Positions 46,483-56,439 of a stretch of 64,000 nucleotides of DNA are shown here, in pieces. Numbering within the stretch: position 1 is the stretch's first letter; every line of letters begins with the position of its first letter. This DNA is from a virus (taxonomy: Duplodnaviria > Caudoviricetes), in the IMG/VR virus record IMGVR_UViG_2908416650_000002, positions 2,967 to 66,966 of that record. The stretch is one strand, 5' to 3'. The notes under the pieces are model-generated. The model ran no database searches and was not told the origin of the DNA. It saw only the letters and a program-made list of their open reading frames with translations. A program made the translations under genes and the position numbers.

Positions 46483-47002
46483 TGCCTCTAAGGATCTCAC
46501 CATTCAACGAAATCGCCTGCAAGATTCTCATGAGCTTATGACACTGATCCCTTAGCTCGCTTATTTTGAGAATCGCGTTTGATTTATTGGCGTTCTTTGG
46601 CTTGATCAGATCGGTTAATGAGGCTGTTGCTCCTTCATTTAGGCCCCATTGCCAATGTACGATTTTATGCCTGAGGCTGCTTACAGCGTCGAAAGCCTTT
46701 AGCGTGTATAGCAGATCGTCTGTTGCCTGCTGATCGTGGGTTTTTGAATCGGATATTCGCCCCTGGACGTACCTGATCATCCCCGCCATTGAGATGTTGG
46801 CTTCAACTGAAAGCTTTTGAGCGTCAGCCACCGGCATTTTTAGGAAAAAAGCAAAGAGGTTAGAAATTTGCCATTCGACCGCTGAGTAATTAACGATGAA
46901 CTGCCCCATCGCATGCAGATGCTCGTCTGAAGGGCCCACGTTGTATTGTCGTTCCCAATCGATGCTAAAGGGCTCTCTTGGCTTGAAACCACCGTCACTC
47001 AC
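46415..47002 (-). CDS. Helical moron with an RxxxxH motif (HEPN-like)
   Basis: MGQFIVNYSAVE...LRHKIVH. GTG start after GGAGG, with an alternative ATG at 47014. Confidence 0.65.
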   Translation of the reverse strand: MSDGGFKPREPFSIDWERQYNVGPSDEHLHAMGQFIVNYSAVEWQISNLFAFFLKMPVADAQKLSVEANISMAGMIRYVQGRISDSKTHDQQATDDLLYTLKAFDAVSSLRHKIVHWQWGLNEGATASLTDLIKPKNANKSNAILKISELRDQCHKLMRILQAISLNGEILRGITTRAQILEIRTGTSPEKLFRP

Positions 47003-47205
47003 ATTAACCTCCATATCTTTATTCGCGCCATAATTGGCGCAACCCCAGTCCTTGGGCTTGCAGGCGTAGGACTGGGGGAATCCTTGCGTGAAGGCAGGAG
47101 GCTACTATCTGAATGGATATCGGCGTTACTGGCATTCCATCCACGCTGGATGCCTGGCCAGGTCCGAGTTATGTTGTCCGCAATAGATCCGGGAATGGAG
47201 GCGAC

Positions 47206-47820
47206 GTGACAACGAGAAACAGTGAAGAAGTGCTGGCCCATCATGTGGAAACCATGGGCGAGTCGCTTGGAACAGCGTTTTGGCACCTTAATCAACAGGT
47301 TCTCGAATTGCATCTTGTATGGGAGCAATACACGCAACTGTTCGGTGAGGGCGAAGATACCGTAAAAATGCTGAATGAGACGGCCGGTCTTTTCTTCATG
47401 GTTGTGCAAGACGCCTTGTGGGATAGCGTGCTTTTGGGAGTGTCGAAGCTGACCGACCCCGCACAGACCGGTAAGAACAAAAACCTTTCCATCCAGTCAC
47501 TGCCTGACTTGATTGCAGATGACACTCTTCGCGGACGCGTCTCAGACCTCTGTGAAGAGGCTTTGGTAAAAGCAACGCATGCTAGGGATCACCGTAACAA
47601 GCGTATAGCGCACCAGGATCAGCAGTATTTCTATGATCGAGCGGCACGACCATTGGGCGGTGTCAGCAGAGCTCTAGTTAAAGAGATGCTTCATGCGATC
47701 ACTGCGGTGATGAATGAGATCAATGTCTTCTACGCTGACTCAACAATGTTTTACGACAGCATCAGCTGTGGTGGAGATGCTGCTTGGCTAGTGCACAAGC
47801 TCAAAACGATGACCTACTAG
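47206..47820 (+). CDS. AbiU2-like HEPN domain protein
   Basis: FF..VQ.AL....LL.VSKL.D...NLSI...RNKRIAH, with a GTG start after GGAGG. Confidence 0.78.
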   Translation: MTTRNSEEVLAHHVETMGESLGTAFWHLNQQVLELHLVWEQYTQLFGEGEDTVKMLNETAGLFFMVVQDALWDSVLLGVSKLTDPAQTGKNKNLSIQSLPDLIADDTLRGRVSDLCEEALVKATHARDHRNKRIAHQDQQYFYDRAARPLGGVSRALVKEMLHAITAVMNEINVFYADSTMFYDSISCGGDAAWLVHKLKTMTY

Positions 47821-47911
47821 AGACAGGTCGTTCTGGTAGGTGCCAACCTATCTGGCTTTTTGCATCTCCCTCCTCGGTGCTACAGTCCCGCCAAACCAAA
47901 GAGGGAACGAC

Positions 47912-48334
47912 ATGCGAATTTTGATAGCGGCGGTAGCGGTGGCGATGCTGGCGGGGTGTGCCTCAACGGCAATTTCAGTGCGCGACGCAAAGCCGGTGCC
48001 GGCGGATGAGGTTTATGCCTTTCAGTCCAAGCCATCTGGCGAAAGTGGGAAAATCACGGTTGTGCGCGACTCCGGCGCCGTCGGTTCGGGCTGCGATATC
48101 GTCGTCTATGTAGATGGGCGCAAGGCTGCGAAAATTGGTACTGGTCAGCGCGCCACCTTTTACCTTTCGCCGGGATCGCCAAATCTCGGCGCTGGCCTGG
48201 CAGGATCTGGTCTATGTGCTGGCGCGGCGATCCGAACTATTGCGGCGACCGTACAGCCTGGGAAGGAAAGTCTGTACAGGATCAGCGGTGATATAGGCGG
48301 CTTCTACATCGGCCCCTATGTCGACTACAACTGA
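47912..48334 (+). CDS. Lipoprotein moron (candidate superinfection exclusion)
   Basis: Lipobox LAGC, VVRDSG..GSGC motif, followed by a terminator at 48352..48372. Confidence 0.8.
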   Translation: MRILIAAVAVAMLAGCASTAISVRDAKPVPADEVYAFQSKPSGESGKITVVRDSGAVGSGCDIVVYVDGRKAAKIGTGQRATFYLSPGSPNLGAGLAGSGLCAGAAIRTIAATVQPGKESLYRISGDIGGFYIGPYVDYN

Positions 48335-48390
48335 AAAACGAAAATCATAAAGCCGCCTCCGGGCGGTTTTTTATTGCCCGGAGAAATAAG

Positions 48391-48984
48391 ATGCAGGCAT
48401 CAGCGATCAACTACCAACCAATGACAACCATTCGACTGCACGGGCAGCTACGTCAGTTCGGAAAGTCCTTCAGGCTTGCGGTGAAATCGCCTGCCGAGGC
48501 CATTAAGGCTCTGTGCATTCAGATTCCCGGATTTGAACGCTTCCTGTCGAACGCCAAATCGCGAGGTCTGGAGTTCGCAGTCTTTCGCGATAAGCGCAAC
48601 ATCGGCGAGAAAGAGTTGAGCTACAGCGGCGCCGGCGACATTCGGATTGCTCCTGTAGTGGTGGGTAGCAAGCGCGGCGGGGTCCTTCAGACCATCGTCG
48701 GCGCGATCCTGATTGTTGTCGGGGTTATTTTCGCGGCAACTCCGTTCGGCACCCCGTTAATTGGAGCGGGCATCGGACTAGTCGCCGGCGGCGTAATCCA
48801 AATGCTCAGCCCCCAGGCCGGCGGACTAAAGACCAGTGCTGCGCCAGAGAACACGCCCGGCTACGCCTTCGGCAGCGCGAAGAACACAACGGCTTCCGGC
48901 AACCCGGTACCGCTCTGCATTGGCGAGCGACGCTGGGGCGGCGCAATCATCAGTGCCGCGATTTACGCAGAAGACCAGATGTAG
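48391..48984 (+). CDS. Tail assembly protein I
   Basis: SPAEAIKALC.QIPGF and G.PVPL..G motifs. Confidence 0.93.
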   Translation: MQASAINYQPMTTIRLHGQLRQFGKSFRLAVKSPAEAIKALCIQIPGFERFLSNAKSRGLEFAVFRDKRNIGEKELSYSGAGDIRIAPVVVGSKRGGVLQTIVGAILIVVGVIFAATPFGTPLIGAGIGLVAGGVIQMLSPQAGGLKTSAAPENTPGYAFGSAKNTTASGNPVPLCIGERRWGGAIISAAIYAEDQM

Positions 48985-49043
48985 CCAATACCTGAAACAC
49001 AGCAGCCGCCCATGAGGCGGTTTTTTATTGCCTGGAGAAAAGC

Positions 49044-52000
49044 ATGGGCGCAGCACTCAAGATTGATATCCACGGCGCCAAGGGCGGCGAAGACAAACCA
49101 AAAACGCCAACGGAAGCCCCGGACAGTCTGCGCTCGGTCGCTATTGCCAAGATGCTCATCGCTATCGGTGAGGGTGAATTCGAAGGCACGCCTACGGCGC
49201 GCGACATCTACCTCGACAACACCCCGCTGCAAGACCCTCAGGGCAATATGAACTTCCCGAACGTGAAGTGGGAATGGCGCACCGGTGCGGTGGACCAGAC
49301 CTATATCCAGGGCATCCCGTCGATTGAGAACGAATCCACGATTGGCACTGAGTTGCGCAGCGGCACGCCATGGGTTAAGTCCATCAGCAACACCCAGCTT
49401 TCCGCCGTGCGCGTGCGCTTCGCCTGGCCGGCGCTCCAGTCTGTAGATGCCGGCGGCAACATCAACGGGTACCGGATTGAATACAAGGTCGAACTGGCAA
49501 CCGACGGCGGCGCGTACCAGCAGGTGCTGAGCGAAGCTGTCGACGGTAAGACCACCAGCGTGTACGAGCGCACCCGCCGAATCGATTTGCCGAAGGCTAC
49601 CTCTGGCTGGCTGATGCGCATCACGCGCCTGACGATCAACCAGAACAACAACAAAATCTCCGACACCATGCAGATCGCTGGGTTTACTGAGGTGATCGAC
49701 GCCAAGATCCGCTACCCGAACACCGCGTTGCTCTATATCGAGTTCTCTGCTGAGCAATTTCGCAGCATCCCGGCTGTGACCGTGGGCTGCAAGGCTCGAA
49801 AATGGTCGGTACCGAGCAACTATGACCCGGCATCTCGGACATACAGCGGTGTGTGGGACGGTACCTTTAAGGAGTCCTACACCAACAATCCGACCTGGGC
49901 GACGCTCGGCATCACCACGAACGACCGCTTCGGCCTCGGCCGCCGTATCAAGCCGTGGATGGTCGATAAGTGGGAGCTGTACCGCATCTCGCAGTATTGC
50001 GACCAATTTGTGCCGGATGGGAAGGGTGGTCAGGAGCCGCGCTTCATCTGCAACCTGAACCTGCAGAGCAAGGCCGATGCTTGGTCTCTGCTGCGCGACA
50101 TCTCAGCGATCTACCGGGGCATGACCTACTGGGCCCAGGGCCAGGTGTTCACCCTGTCGGATATGCCGCGCGCCACTGACTACGACTTCGCCTATAGCGG
50201 TGCGAACGTCATCACTGAGGGGCGTCAGCCATTCACCTATTCGAGCGCATCGGAGCGCACTCGCTACAGCCGGGCGCTGGTCAGCTACGACAATCCGGCG
50301 AACAACTACGACACCGACGTCACGGCGGTGACCGATCAGAAGCTGCAGCGGCGCTACGGCGATAACCCGCTGGAGATCAGCGCGATCGGCTGCACGCGTG
50401 AGTCTGAGGCGCAGCGCCGCGGCAAGTGGGCGTTGCTCACCAACTCCAAGGACCGGGCGGTAACGTTTCGTGTCGGCCTGGACGGACGTATCCCTCTGCC
50501 TGGCTACGTCGTTCCGATCGCTGACGAACTGCTGGCCGGTCGGCCCGTGGGCGGGCGCATCTCAGCCGTAAATGGCAAAGTCATCACCCTGGACCGCGAC
50601 ACCCAGGCCAAGCCCGGTGACCGGCTGATCCTCAACCTGCCCGACGGCAAGTGCGAGGGGCGCACCGTGCAACTGGTCAGCGGCCGCCAGGTCACGGTCA
50701 CCACGGCGTACTCCGTGCCGCCTGAGCGCGAACTGGTGTGGGCGCTCGACGCTGACGACCTGGCCATCCCACTGTACCGGGTGACCAGCGTTTCCCGGCC
50801 AGAGCCTGGCGTGTTCGAAATCTCGGCTGTGCAGTACGACCCGAGCAAGTTTGCGCACATCGACACCGGCGCCCGGCTGGAAGAACGGCCGATCAGCGTC
50901 ATCCCGATCACGGTAGTTCCAGCACCGGCCAGCGTCACGCTGACGTCGAGCTACGCCGTGAATCAGGGCATTGCCATCAGCACCATGAACATCTCGTGGC
51001 CTGCGGTGAGCGGTGCGGTCGCCTATGACGTGGAGTGGCGCAAGGACAGCGGAAACTGGATCAAGGTTCAGCGGACAGGCTCGACCAGTGTTGACGTCCC
51101 CGGCATCTACTCGGGCGCCTATTTGGCCCGGGTCCGCTCGGTGAGCGCCTTCGAGATATCGTCGATCTGGAAAAGCTCCAACCTGACCAACCTGAAAGGG
51201 AAGGTCGGCCTGCCGCCTGCGGTGTCATTCCTGACCACCACCAGTGAGCTGTTCGGAATCGGCATCAAGTGGGGATTCCCTGCTGGTGCCGAGGATACCC
51301 AGCGCACCGAGCTGTGGTATGGCCCTACAAACAATATTGGAGCCGCTACCAAGCTGGCCGATCTGGCGTATCCGCAGGCCGACTACCGCATGCAATCGCT
51401 GTTGGCGGGCGCTCGGTTCTTCTTCTGGGCGCGCCTGGTGGACCGGACGGGAAACATCGGGCCGTTCTATCCGGTGGTGAACGGTGTGATTGGGCAGGCC
51501 AGTTCGCAGGCCGGCCCCATCCTGGACTTGATTGCCGGCCAGATTGGTAAAACCGAACTGGCTCAGGAGTTGGTCAAGGAGATCGAGTTGATCTCCGGCG
51601 ACGGTCCGGGGTCTGTGAACGATCGCTTGGAGCAGGCCAAGCAGGAACTGGAAGACCTGATCGATCAGATCACGGACGCCCTGGTCTACGATCCGACCAA
51701 AACCTATGCCGCCGGCGACGTAGTGCGGCAGGGCCAGCACCTGTACCAAGCCATCGCGCCGGTACCGAAAAACACTACGCCTCCCAATGCCCAGTACTGG
51801 TTCGATATCGGCACCATTGCCGAGACAACCCAGGCCATGGCGCTGCAGATCCAGCAGAACAAGGCGTCCATCGACACCGTGGACGGCAAGGTCACGGCAC
51901 AGGCCTCCGCCCTGCAATCGCTCCAGGCGAGCTGGAGGGAGGACAGCGGGGAGGGCGACCTGGCGGACGCCCTGAAAGGCTGGGATGCCACCGCCAAGTT

Positions 52001-53012
52001 CGCTGAGCAGGTCAAGGTTCAGTCCTCGGACAACCGAGCGCTGGTTGAGCGCACCACGTCGCTGGATGCGGCGGTAGGGCAGAACAGGGCCGGGCTTACC
52101 TCGCTTGAGCAGGTGGTAGCCACTGAAACCCTTGCAACGGCGACACGACTGGATCAGTTGAAAAGCAGCGTCGACGGCAACACTGCTGCGATTGGCGGTG
52201 AGGCATCGACGAGGGCTGATGCCGATAGTGCTCTTGGGACTCGCATCGATCAGGTTGGGGTCACCGTCGGCAATAACGGCGCGGCGATCAGCCAGGAGGA
52301 AATCGCACGGGCGAATGCGGACACCGCGCTCGGCCAAAGAATCGATACGACACAGGCCAAGGTTGCAGAGAACTCGGCAGCCGTTCAAACGGTTACCGAT
52401 TCCCTGGCCGACACCAACAAGGCCGTCGCCTCACAGTCCACCACGCTTCAAGCTGTTGTTGGCGGCGGGCGGGACGGTACCGACGAGGGGGACCTGGCCA
52501 GCGCAATCAGCGAGGTGAAGAACAAGGCTGCGATTCAGGTAACAGCAAGGGCTCAGGCTGATACCAATGGAAAGCTTTCCACCATGTGGTCCGTCAAAAT
52601 GCAGGTCAATGCCAACGGCCAGTATGTTGCCGCCGGGATTGGACTGGGTATCGAGCAGGGCGCTGATGGTTTGCTGCAAAGCCAGTTCCTGGTGAGTGCT
52701 GATCGATTTGCCGTAGTGAACACAATCGATGGTGGTGCTTTCACCACGCCGTTTGTAGTTCAGGGCGGTCAGGTGTTCATGAGCTCCGCCATGATTCAGG
52801 ACGGGACGATCACCAACGCCAAGATCGGCAACTACATCCAGTCGAACAATTACCAGGCAGGTATTACCGGCTGGAAGTTGTTCTTCGACGGGACATTTGA
52901 AATCAACAGCCCGCTCGGCGGCCAGGCACGCCAGGTAATCAACAACGCCGGTGGCAAGGTGTTCGATGAGAACGGTGTGAAGCGATACCAGTGGGGGGAT
53001 CTTTCAGCATGA
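49044..53012 (+). CDS. Tail tip/host specificity protein J
   Basis: EAPDSL.S and YPNTAL motifs, FN3-like region, small CBM-like insert, coiled coil, and C-terminal QFLVSADRFAV...ITNAKIG. Confidence 0.95.
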   Translation: MGAALKIDIHGAKGGEDKPKTPTEAPDSLRSVAIAKMLIAIGEGEFEGTPTARDIYLDNTPLQDPQGNMNFPNVKWEWRTGAVDQTYIQGIPSIENESTIGTELRSGTPWVKSISNTQLSAVRVRFAWPALQSVDAGGNINGYRIEYKVELATDGGAYQQVLSEAVDGKTTSVYERTRRIDLPKATSGWLMRITRLTINQNNNKISDTMQIAGFTEVIDAKIRYPNTALLYIEFSAEQFRSIPAVTVGCKARKWSVPSNYDPASRTYSGVWDGTFKESYTNNPTWATLGITTNDRFGLGRRIKPWMVDKWELYRISQYCDQFVPDGKGGQEPRFICNLNLQSKADAWSLLRDISAIYRGMTYWAQGQVFTLSDMPRATDYDFAYSGANVITEGRQPFTYSSASERTRYSRALVSYDNPANNYDTDVTAVTDQKLQRRYGDNPLEISAIGCTRESEAQRRGKWALLTNSKDRAVTFRVGLDGRIPLPGYVVPIADELLAGRPVGGRISAVNGKVITLDRDTQAKPGDRLILNLPDGKCEGRTVQLVSGRQVTVTTAYSVPPERELVWALDADDLAIPLYRVTSVSRPEPGVFEISAVQYDPSKFAHIDTGARLEERPISVIPITVVPAPASVTLTSSYAVNQGIAISTMNISWPAVSGAVAYDVEWRKDSGNWIKVQRTGSTSVDVPGIYSGAYLARVRSVSAFEISSIWKSSNLTNLKGKVGLPPAVSFLTTTSELFGIGIKWGFPAGAEDTQRTELWYGPTNNIGAATKLADLAYPQADYRMQSLLAGARFFFWARLVDRTGNIGPFYPVVNGVIGQASSQAGPILDLIAGQIGKTELAQELVKEIELISGDGPGSVNDRLEQAKQELEDLIDQITDALVYDPTKTYAAGDVVRQGQHLYQAIAPVPKNTTPPNAQYWFDIGTIAETTQAMALQIQQNKASIDTVDGKVTAQASALQSLQASWREDSGEGDLADALKGWDATAKFAEQVKVQSSDNRALVERTTSLDAAVGQNRAGLTSLEQVVATETLATATRLDQLKSSVDGNTAAIGGEASTRADADSALGTRIDQVGVTVGNNGAAISQEEIARANADTALGQRIDTTQAKVAENSAAVQTVTDSLADTNKAVASQSTTLQAVVGGGRDGTDEGDLASAISEVKNKAAIQVTARAQADTNGKLSTMWSVKMQVNANGQYVAAGIGLGIEQGADGLLQSQFLVSADRFAVVNTIDGGAFTTPFVVQGGQVFMSSAMIQDGTITNAKIGNYIQSNNYQAGITGWKLFFDGTFEINSPLGGQARQVINNAGGKVFDENGVKRYQWGDLSA

Positions 53013-53356
53013 GCCATGGGGCGAGAGTTTGGGGGCCTACGGGCCTCCTTGAATTGGATGAAACCTCTTTCACCGTGCGCGTTATCTATTCAGCCCTAGT
53101 AACCCGGCCTGCCGGCACGCTGTATAGCGACATAGCGGTGCCTGGTTGTGATACAGCCACCTGCAGCGCGGTGTGCGTTCCAACCGCGCCATACCCTGAA
53201 GACCCCAGCGCACAGAACCTGAACGCAATCCAATACGAGCCTCAAGTCATGTCCGGGGTAGTTAGGGTTTGGTACGTTAACCGAAGCATAAATCCGTCGT
53301 CACCGCCGGCCCCAGGGTTGGCCACACAAAGGCTTTTAGTGATGAAGTACCGATAA
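53009..53356 (+). CDS. Tail tip-associated protein
   Basis: ATGA-coupled to J. Confidence 0.7.
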   Translation: MSHGARVWGPTGLLELDETSFTVRVIYSALVTRPAGTLYSDIAVPGCDTATCSAVCVPTAPYPEDPSAQNLNAIQYEPQVMSGVVRVWYVNRSINPSSPPAPGLATQRLLVMKYR

Positions 53357-53991
53357 TGCCGTCTTATGGAATGTCCTTTACCAACGACTCAGGTGTCGTA
53401 GTCATCGATTCGGAGTTTGCCAGGTTGGTCGTCCTGTACAAAGGTGACTACAGCGGGCCTATCGTCTTCCCGGCGCCGATAACCACCCAGGAACCGCCCT
53501 TGGTGTTTGTTCGCCCCAGTGCCTCGGTAACCATAAGTTACGCCAAGATAACCGGTACCGCAGGCAACTGGACGGGCTTCTCATTCTTGGGAATGGGCTC
53601 TGGAAAGTTCTTCGTGGCCTCTTTCGGCGGGGCAACTCCCACTGCGAAGTACGGGTTTAGATTATGGGATGGGCAAGGAAAGTTGTTGTTTGATAGCGGG
53701 ACACCGTGTGCGCAGTTCACCCGCACGATATCGGCATGGACCTACATTGGATCAAGCACAACACCGCAGGGTCAGACCCAGGTCAACTTTACAGCGCCAT
53801 CCCCACTGGACTCCGGCGATTACATCATGATCAACAACATAGGGATGGATGTCAGTGCCGGTTCTAGCAAGGGCGCTAAGTTGTACTGCGTGTGGGACTA
53901 CGCAAACAACCGGATTGTGATGTTTACGATTGGAGTCTCTAACGCTGCGACATTTTATGTGCCCGTGGTGTTCGCTAAGCCAGTGATTTAG
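53356..53991 (+). CDS. Tail tip-associated beta-rich protein
   Basis: YG...N..G...IDS and YG.RLWD.QGKLLFDS motifs. Confidence 0.75.
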   Translation: MPSYGMSFTNDSGVVVIDSEFARLVVLYKGDYSGPIVFPAPITTQEPPLVFVRPSASVTISYAKITGTAGNWTGFSFLGMGSGKFFVASFGGATPTAKYGFRLWDGQGKLLFDSGTPCAQFTRTISAWTYIGSSTTPQGQTQVNFTAPSPLDSGDYIMINNIGMDVSAGSSKGAKLYCVWDYANNRIVMFTIGVSNAATFYVPVVFAKPVI

Positions 53992-54058
53992 CCGTTCACC
54001 AGACAATTCAATATCCAATAGCCGCCCTGAGCGGTTTTTTTATTTCCTGGAGAAAAAT

Positions 54059-54769
54059 ATGCCTTGGTACAGAGCCGGCACCGTTGCAGTTGCATTGAAT
54101 TCGAACACCGTCACCGGGACCGGCACGTCGTTCAGTGCCAACGGTCGCGTGGGTGACGCATGGACGGGGCCCGATGGGCGCTGGTATGAGGTGACCAACA
54201 TCGCCAGCAACACAGTGCTGACCATCTCGCCGAACTACCTGGGGGCGACAGTCTCCGCGGGTACGTACGCCCTGGCTCCGATGCAGGGCTACGTGAAGGA
54301 CTCCGCCGATCAACTCCGGCAGATCGTCAACCAATGGGGCGCCACCCTGGCCGGCCTGGGCGCGGTCTCGACGGAAAACATTGTGCCGGTGGCGAAGGGC
54401 GGTACAGGGGCGACAACAGCCCCTGCCGCCCGGGCGATTCTCGGCGCATTGGCGGCTGGCGACTACGGGCTGGGTGGTTCAAGCATCACGGAGGCGGGCA
54501 GCCTGAGCACCCTGAACGTTACCAAGTTTTTCAACACTACAGCGGCCACCGTTGGAGTTCCGATAGGCCAGGGCACCTCAGATGGACAGGGCTACGGCAT
54601 CCACAACCAGCACCCTAACGGGGCTTATTCAACTCAGATGTGGACCGGGCTTGCGATTAACAGGATGTTTTTCAGGATTCGGGCCGCCAGCAACTGGACG
54701 GCCTGGGCAGAGCTGTACCACACCCAAAACACGACCCGCGCCGCCGACGGCACACTGAAGGCTATCTAA
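54059..54769 (+). CDS. Side tail fibre protein
   Basis: WYRAGTV.V...VTGTGT, VPVAKGGTGAT and a knob-like FFR...WTAWAELY region. Confidence 0.85.
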   Translation: MPWYRAGTVAVALNSNTVTGTGTSFSANGRVGDAWTGPDGRWYEVTNIASNTVLTISPNYLGATVSAGTYALAPMQGYVKDSADQLRQIVNQWGATLAGLGAVSTENIVPVAKGGTGATTAPAARAILGALAAGDYGLGGSSITEAGSLSTLNVTKFFNTTAATVGVPIGQGTSDGQGYGIHNQHPNGAYSTQMWTGLAINRMFFRIRAASNWTAWAELYHTQNTTRAADGTLKAI

Positions 54770-55324
54770 ATGACCACTCGTGCAGCAGTAAACATTTTAG
54801 GCGCCGACGGCGCCGTCATTGATGTCACGTCATTGGGCGTCAACACCATTACGACCGAGCACCCGGGCCCGGGACAGTACCTGGTGCACGGCACGCTTGG
54901 AATGGTCCCACCGCCAGAGGGCTGGGGCTATGTGCTGAACCAGGTCGACGCGGCTTGTTCGGTAGACATCGGTTACAACGAGGGCGTGCTGGCTGTCAGC
55001 GTGGCCAAGGATGGTGAGCCCGCCGACTTCGTGCACAGCATCACTTTGCATGTGGCGGTGGAGTCACTCCCGATCGCGGCGTTACTTGAGCCAACTACAC
55101 CTGGTGAGGCGCTGCTGGAAAGGGCCTTAGCAGAGATCGCGCGGTTGCGTGCCCTCGCTGACTATGCGATCGCGCCACTTCAGGATGCCGTGGATGTCGA
55201 CGAAGCGACGGACGCAGATCTCGCGGCGCTCAAGTCCTGGAAGAAATACCGAGTAGCGCTGAGCCGGGTTATCGAGCAGCCGCAATACCCGGATGCCATT
55301 GAGTGGCCTGTCGCGCCTGCGTAA
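54770..55324 (+). CDS. Tail fibre assembly chaperone
   Basis: IAPLQDAVD...WKKYRVALSR...IEWP motif. Confidence 0.88.
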   Translation: MTTRAAVNILGADGAVIDVTSLGVNTITTEHPGPGQYLVHGTLGMVPPPEGWGYVLNQVDAACSVDIGYNEGVLAVSVAKDGEPADFVHSITLHVAVESLPIAALLEPTTPGEALLERALAEIARLRALADYAIAPLQDAVDVDEATDADLAALKSWKKYRVALSRVIEQPQYPDAIEWPVAPA

Positions 55325-55381
55325 CTGCAAACGGTCGAAACCGCCCGCCTTGAGCGGGTTTTTTATTGCCTGGAGAAAAGC

Positions 55382-55915
55382 ATGCCGATCACTGAGCAGC
55401 AGTTGCTGCAGATACTCCCGAACGCCGGCCGCCAAGCCGGCGTTTTTGTTCCCGTACTGAATACAGCCATGGCCAAGTACGGAATCGTCACTCGACTGCG
55501 CATTGCTGCGTTCGTCGCCCAGGTCGGGCACGAGTCGGGGCAGTTTCGGTGGTTGAAAGAGTTGTGGGGCCCCACGCCGCAGCAGGCTGGCTACGAGGGT
55601 CGCACCGATCTGGGTAATACGGTGAATGGTGATGGCTTTAAGTATCGTGGCCGCGGCCTGATCCAGATCACCGGCCGGGCGAACTATGCGGCGTGCGGCG
55701 ATGCGCTGGGACTGGACCTGGTAAACCAGCCAGCCCTGCTGGAGCAACCGCAGTACGCCGCGCTGTCGGCAGCCTGGTTCTGGTCCTCTCGTGGCCTGAA
55801 CGCTCCGGCAGACCAGGGTGCATTCGTTACGATCACGCGCCGCATCAATGGTGGCTTGACCGGGCAGGACGACCGACAGGCGCTATACGACAAGGCGCTG
55901 GAGGTGCTGGCATGA
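55382..55915 (+). CDS. Endolysin, glycoside hydrolase family 19
   Basis: AQVGHES, YRGRGLIQITGRANY and TRRINGG motifs. Confidence 0.95.
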   Translation: MPITEQQLLQILPNAGRQAGVFVPVLNTAMAKYGIVTRLRIAAFVAQVGHESGQFRWLKELWGPTPQQAGYEGRTDLGNTVNGDGFKYRGRGLIQITGRANYAACGDALGLDLVNQPALLEQPQYAALSAAWFWSSRGLNAPADQGAFVTITRRINGGLTGQDDRQALYDKALEVLA

Positions 55916-56424
55916 CGACGGTGCAAAAGTTAGCCGTGGTCCTGTTGGCCATGGCCGTGAGCTTCGGGGGCGCCTGGCAGGTGCAGGACTGGCGGATGGG
56001 AAAGCAACTCGCCAAGCAGGCCGGCCTGCACAAGGATGATCTGGCAGCGATCACCAATGCCGCCGCCGCCCAGGCCCGCGCCGAGCAGGACAAACGGCTG
56101 GCAACCGAGCAGCAACTGGCCGCCTCCGACCAACAACACTCCCTGGAGCTTTCCAATGCTCAACGTAGCCAAGCAACTCTGCGTGATCGCCTTGCCACTT
56201 CTGATCTGCGGCTGTCAGTCCTTCTCGACGCCACGGATTCAACCAGTGGCTGCGACGTGCCTCCCACCCCCGGCGCCGTCGGCGTGGTTCATGCAGCCCG
56301 TCGAGCCCAACTTGACCCAGCGCATGCTCAAAGAATTATCGCCATCACCGACGACGGGGATAACGCCGTGATCGCGCTGCGGGCATGCCAAGCGTACGTC
56401 AGAACAGTAAATTTAATAAAATAA
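55912..56424 (+). CDS. Rz-like i-spanin
   Basis: N-terminal TM, coiled coil and C-terminal ALRACQAY. Confidence 0.88.
   Translation: MTTVQKLAVVLLAMAVSFGGAWQVQDWRMGKQLAKQAGLHKDDLAAITNAAAAQARAEQDKRLATEQQLAASDQQHSLELSNAQRSQATLRDRLATSDLRLSVLLDATDSTSGCDVPPTPGAVGVVHAARRAQLDPAHAQRIIAITDDGDNAVIALRACQAYVRTVNLIK
56156..56371 (+). CDS. Rz1-like o-spanin embedded in Rz (+1 frame)
   Basis: MLNVAKQLCVIALPLLICGC lipobox, Pro-rich CLPPPAPSAWFM and a GGAG RBS. Confidence 0.8.
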   Translation: MLNVAKQLCVIALPLLICGCQSFSTPRIQPVAATCLPPPAPSAWFMQPVEPNLTQRMLKELSPSPTTGITP

Positions 56425-56439
56425 TTTGAACAAATTATA

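Noticed and set aside
47146-47161. CTG-N10-CAG as a LexA box before the AbiU2-like gene
   Set aside because: The spacer is GC-rich (GATGCCTGGC) and lacks the CTGT/ACAG ends seen in the two credible boxes.
49044-55324. Diversity-generating retroelement or invertible tail-fibre switch
   Set aside because: I saw no reverse transcriptase, no invertase and no template/variable repeat pair.
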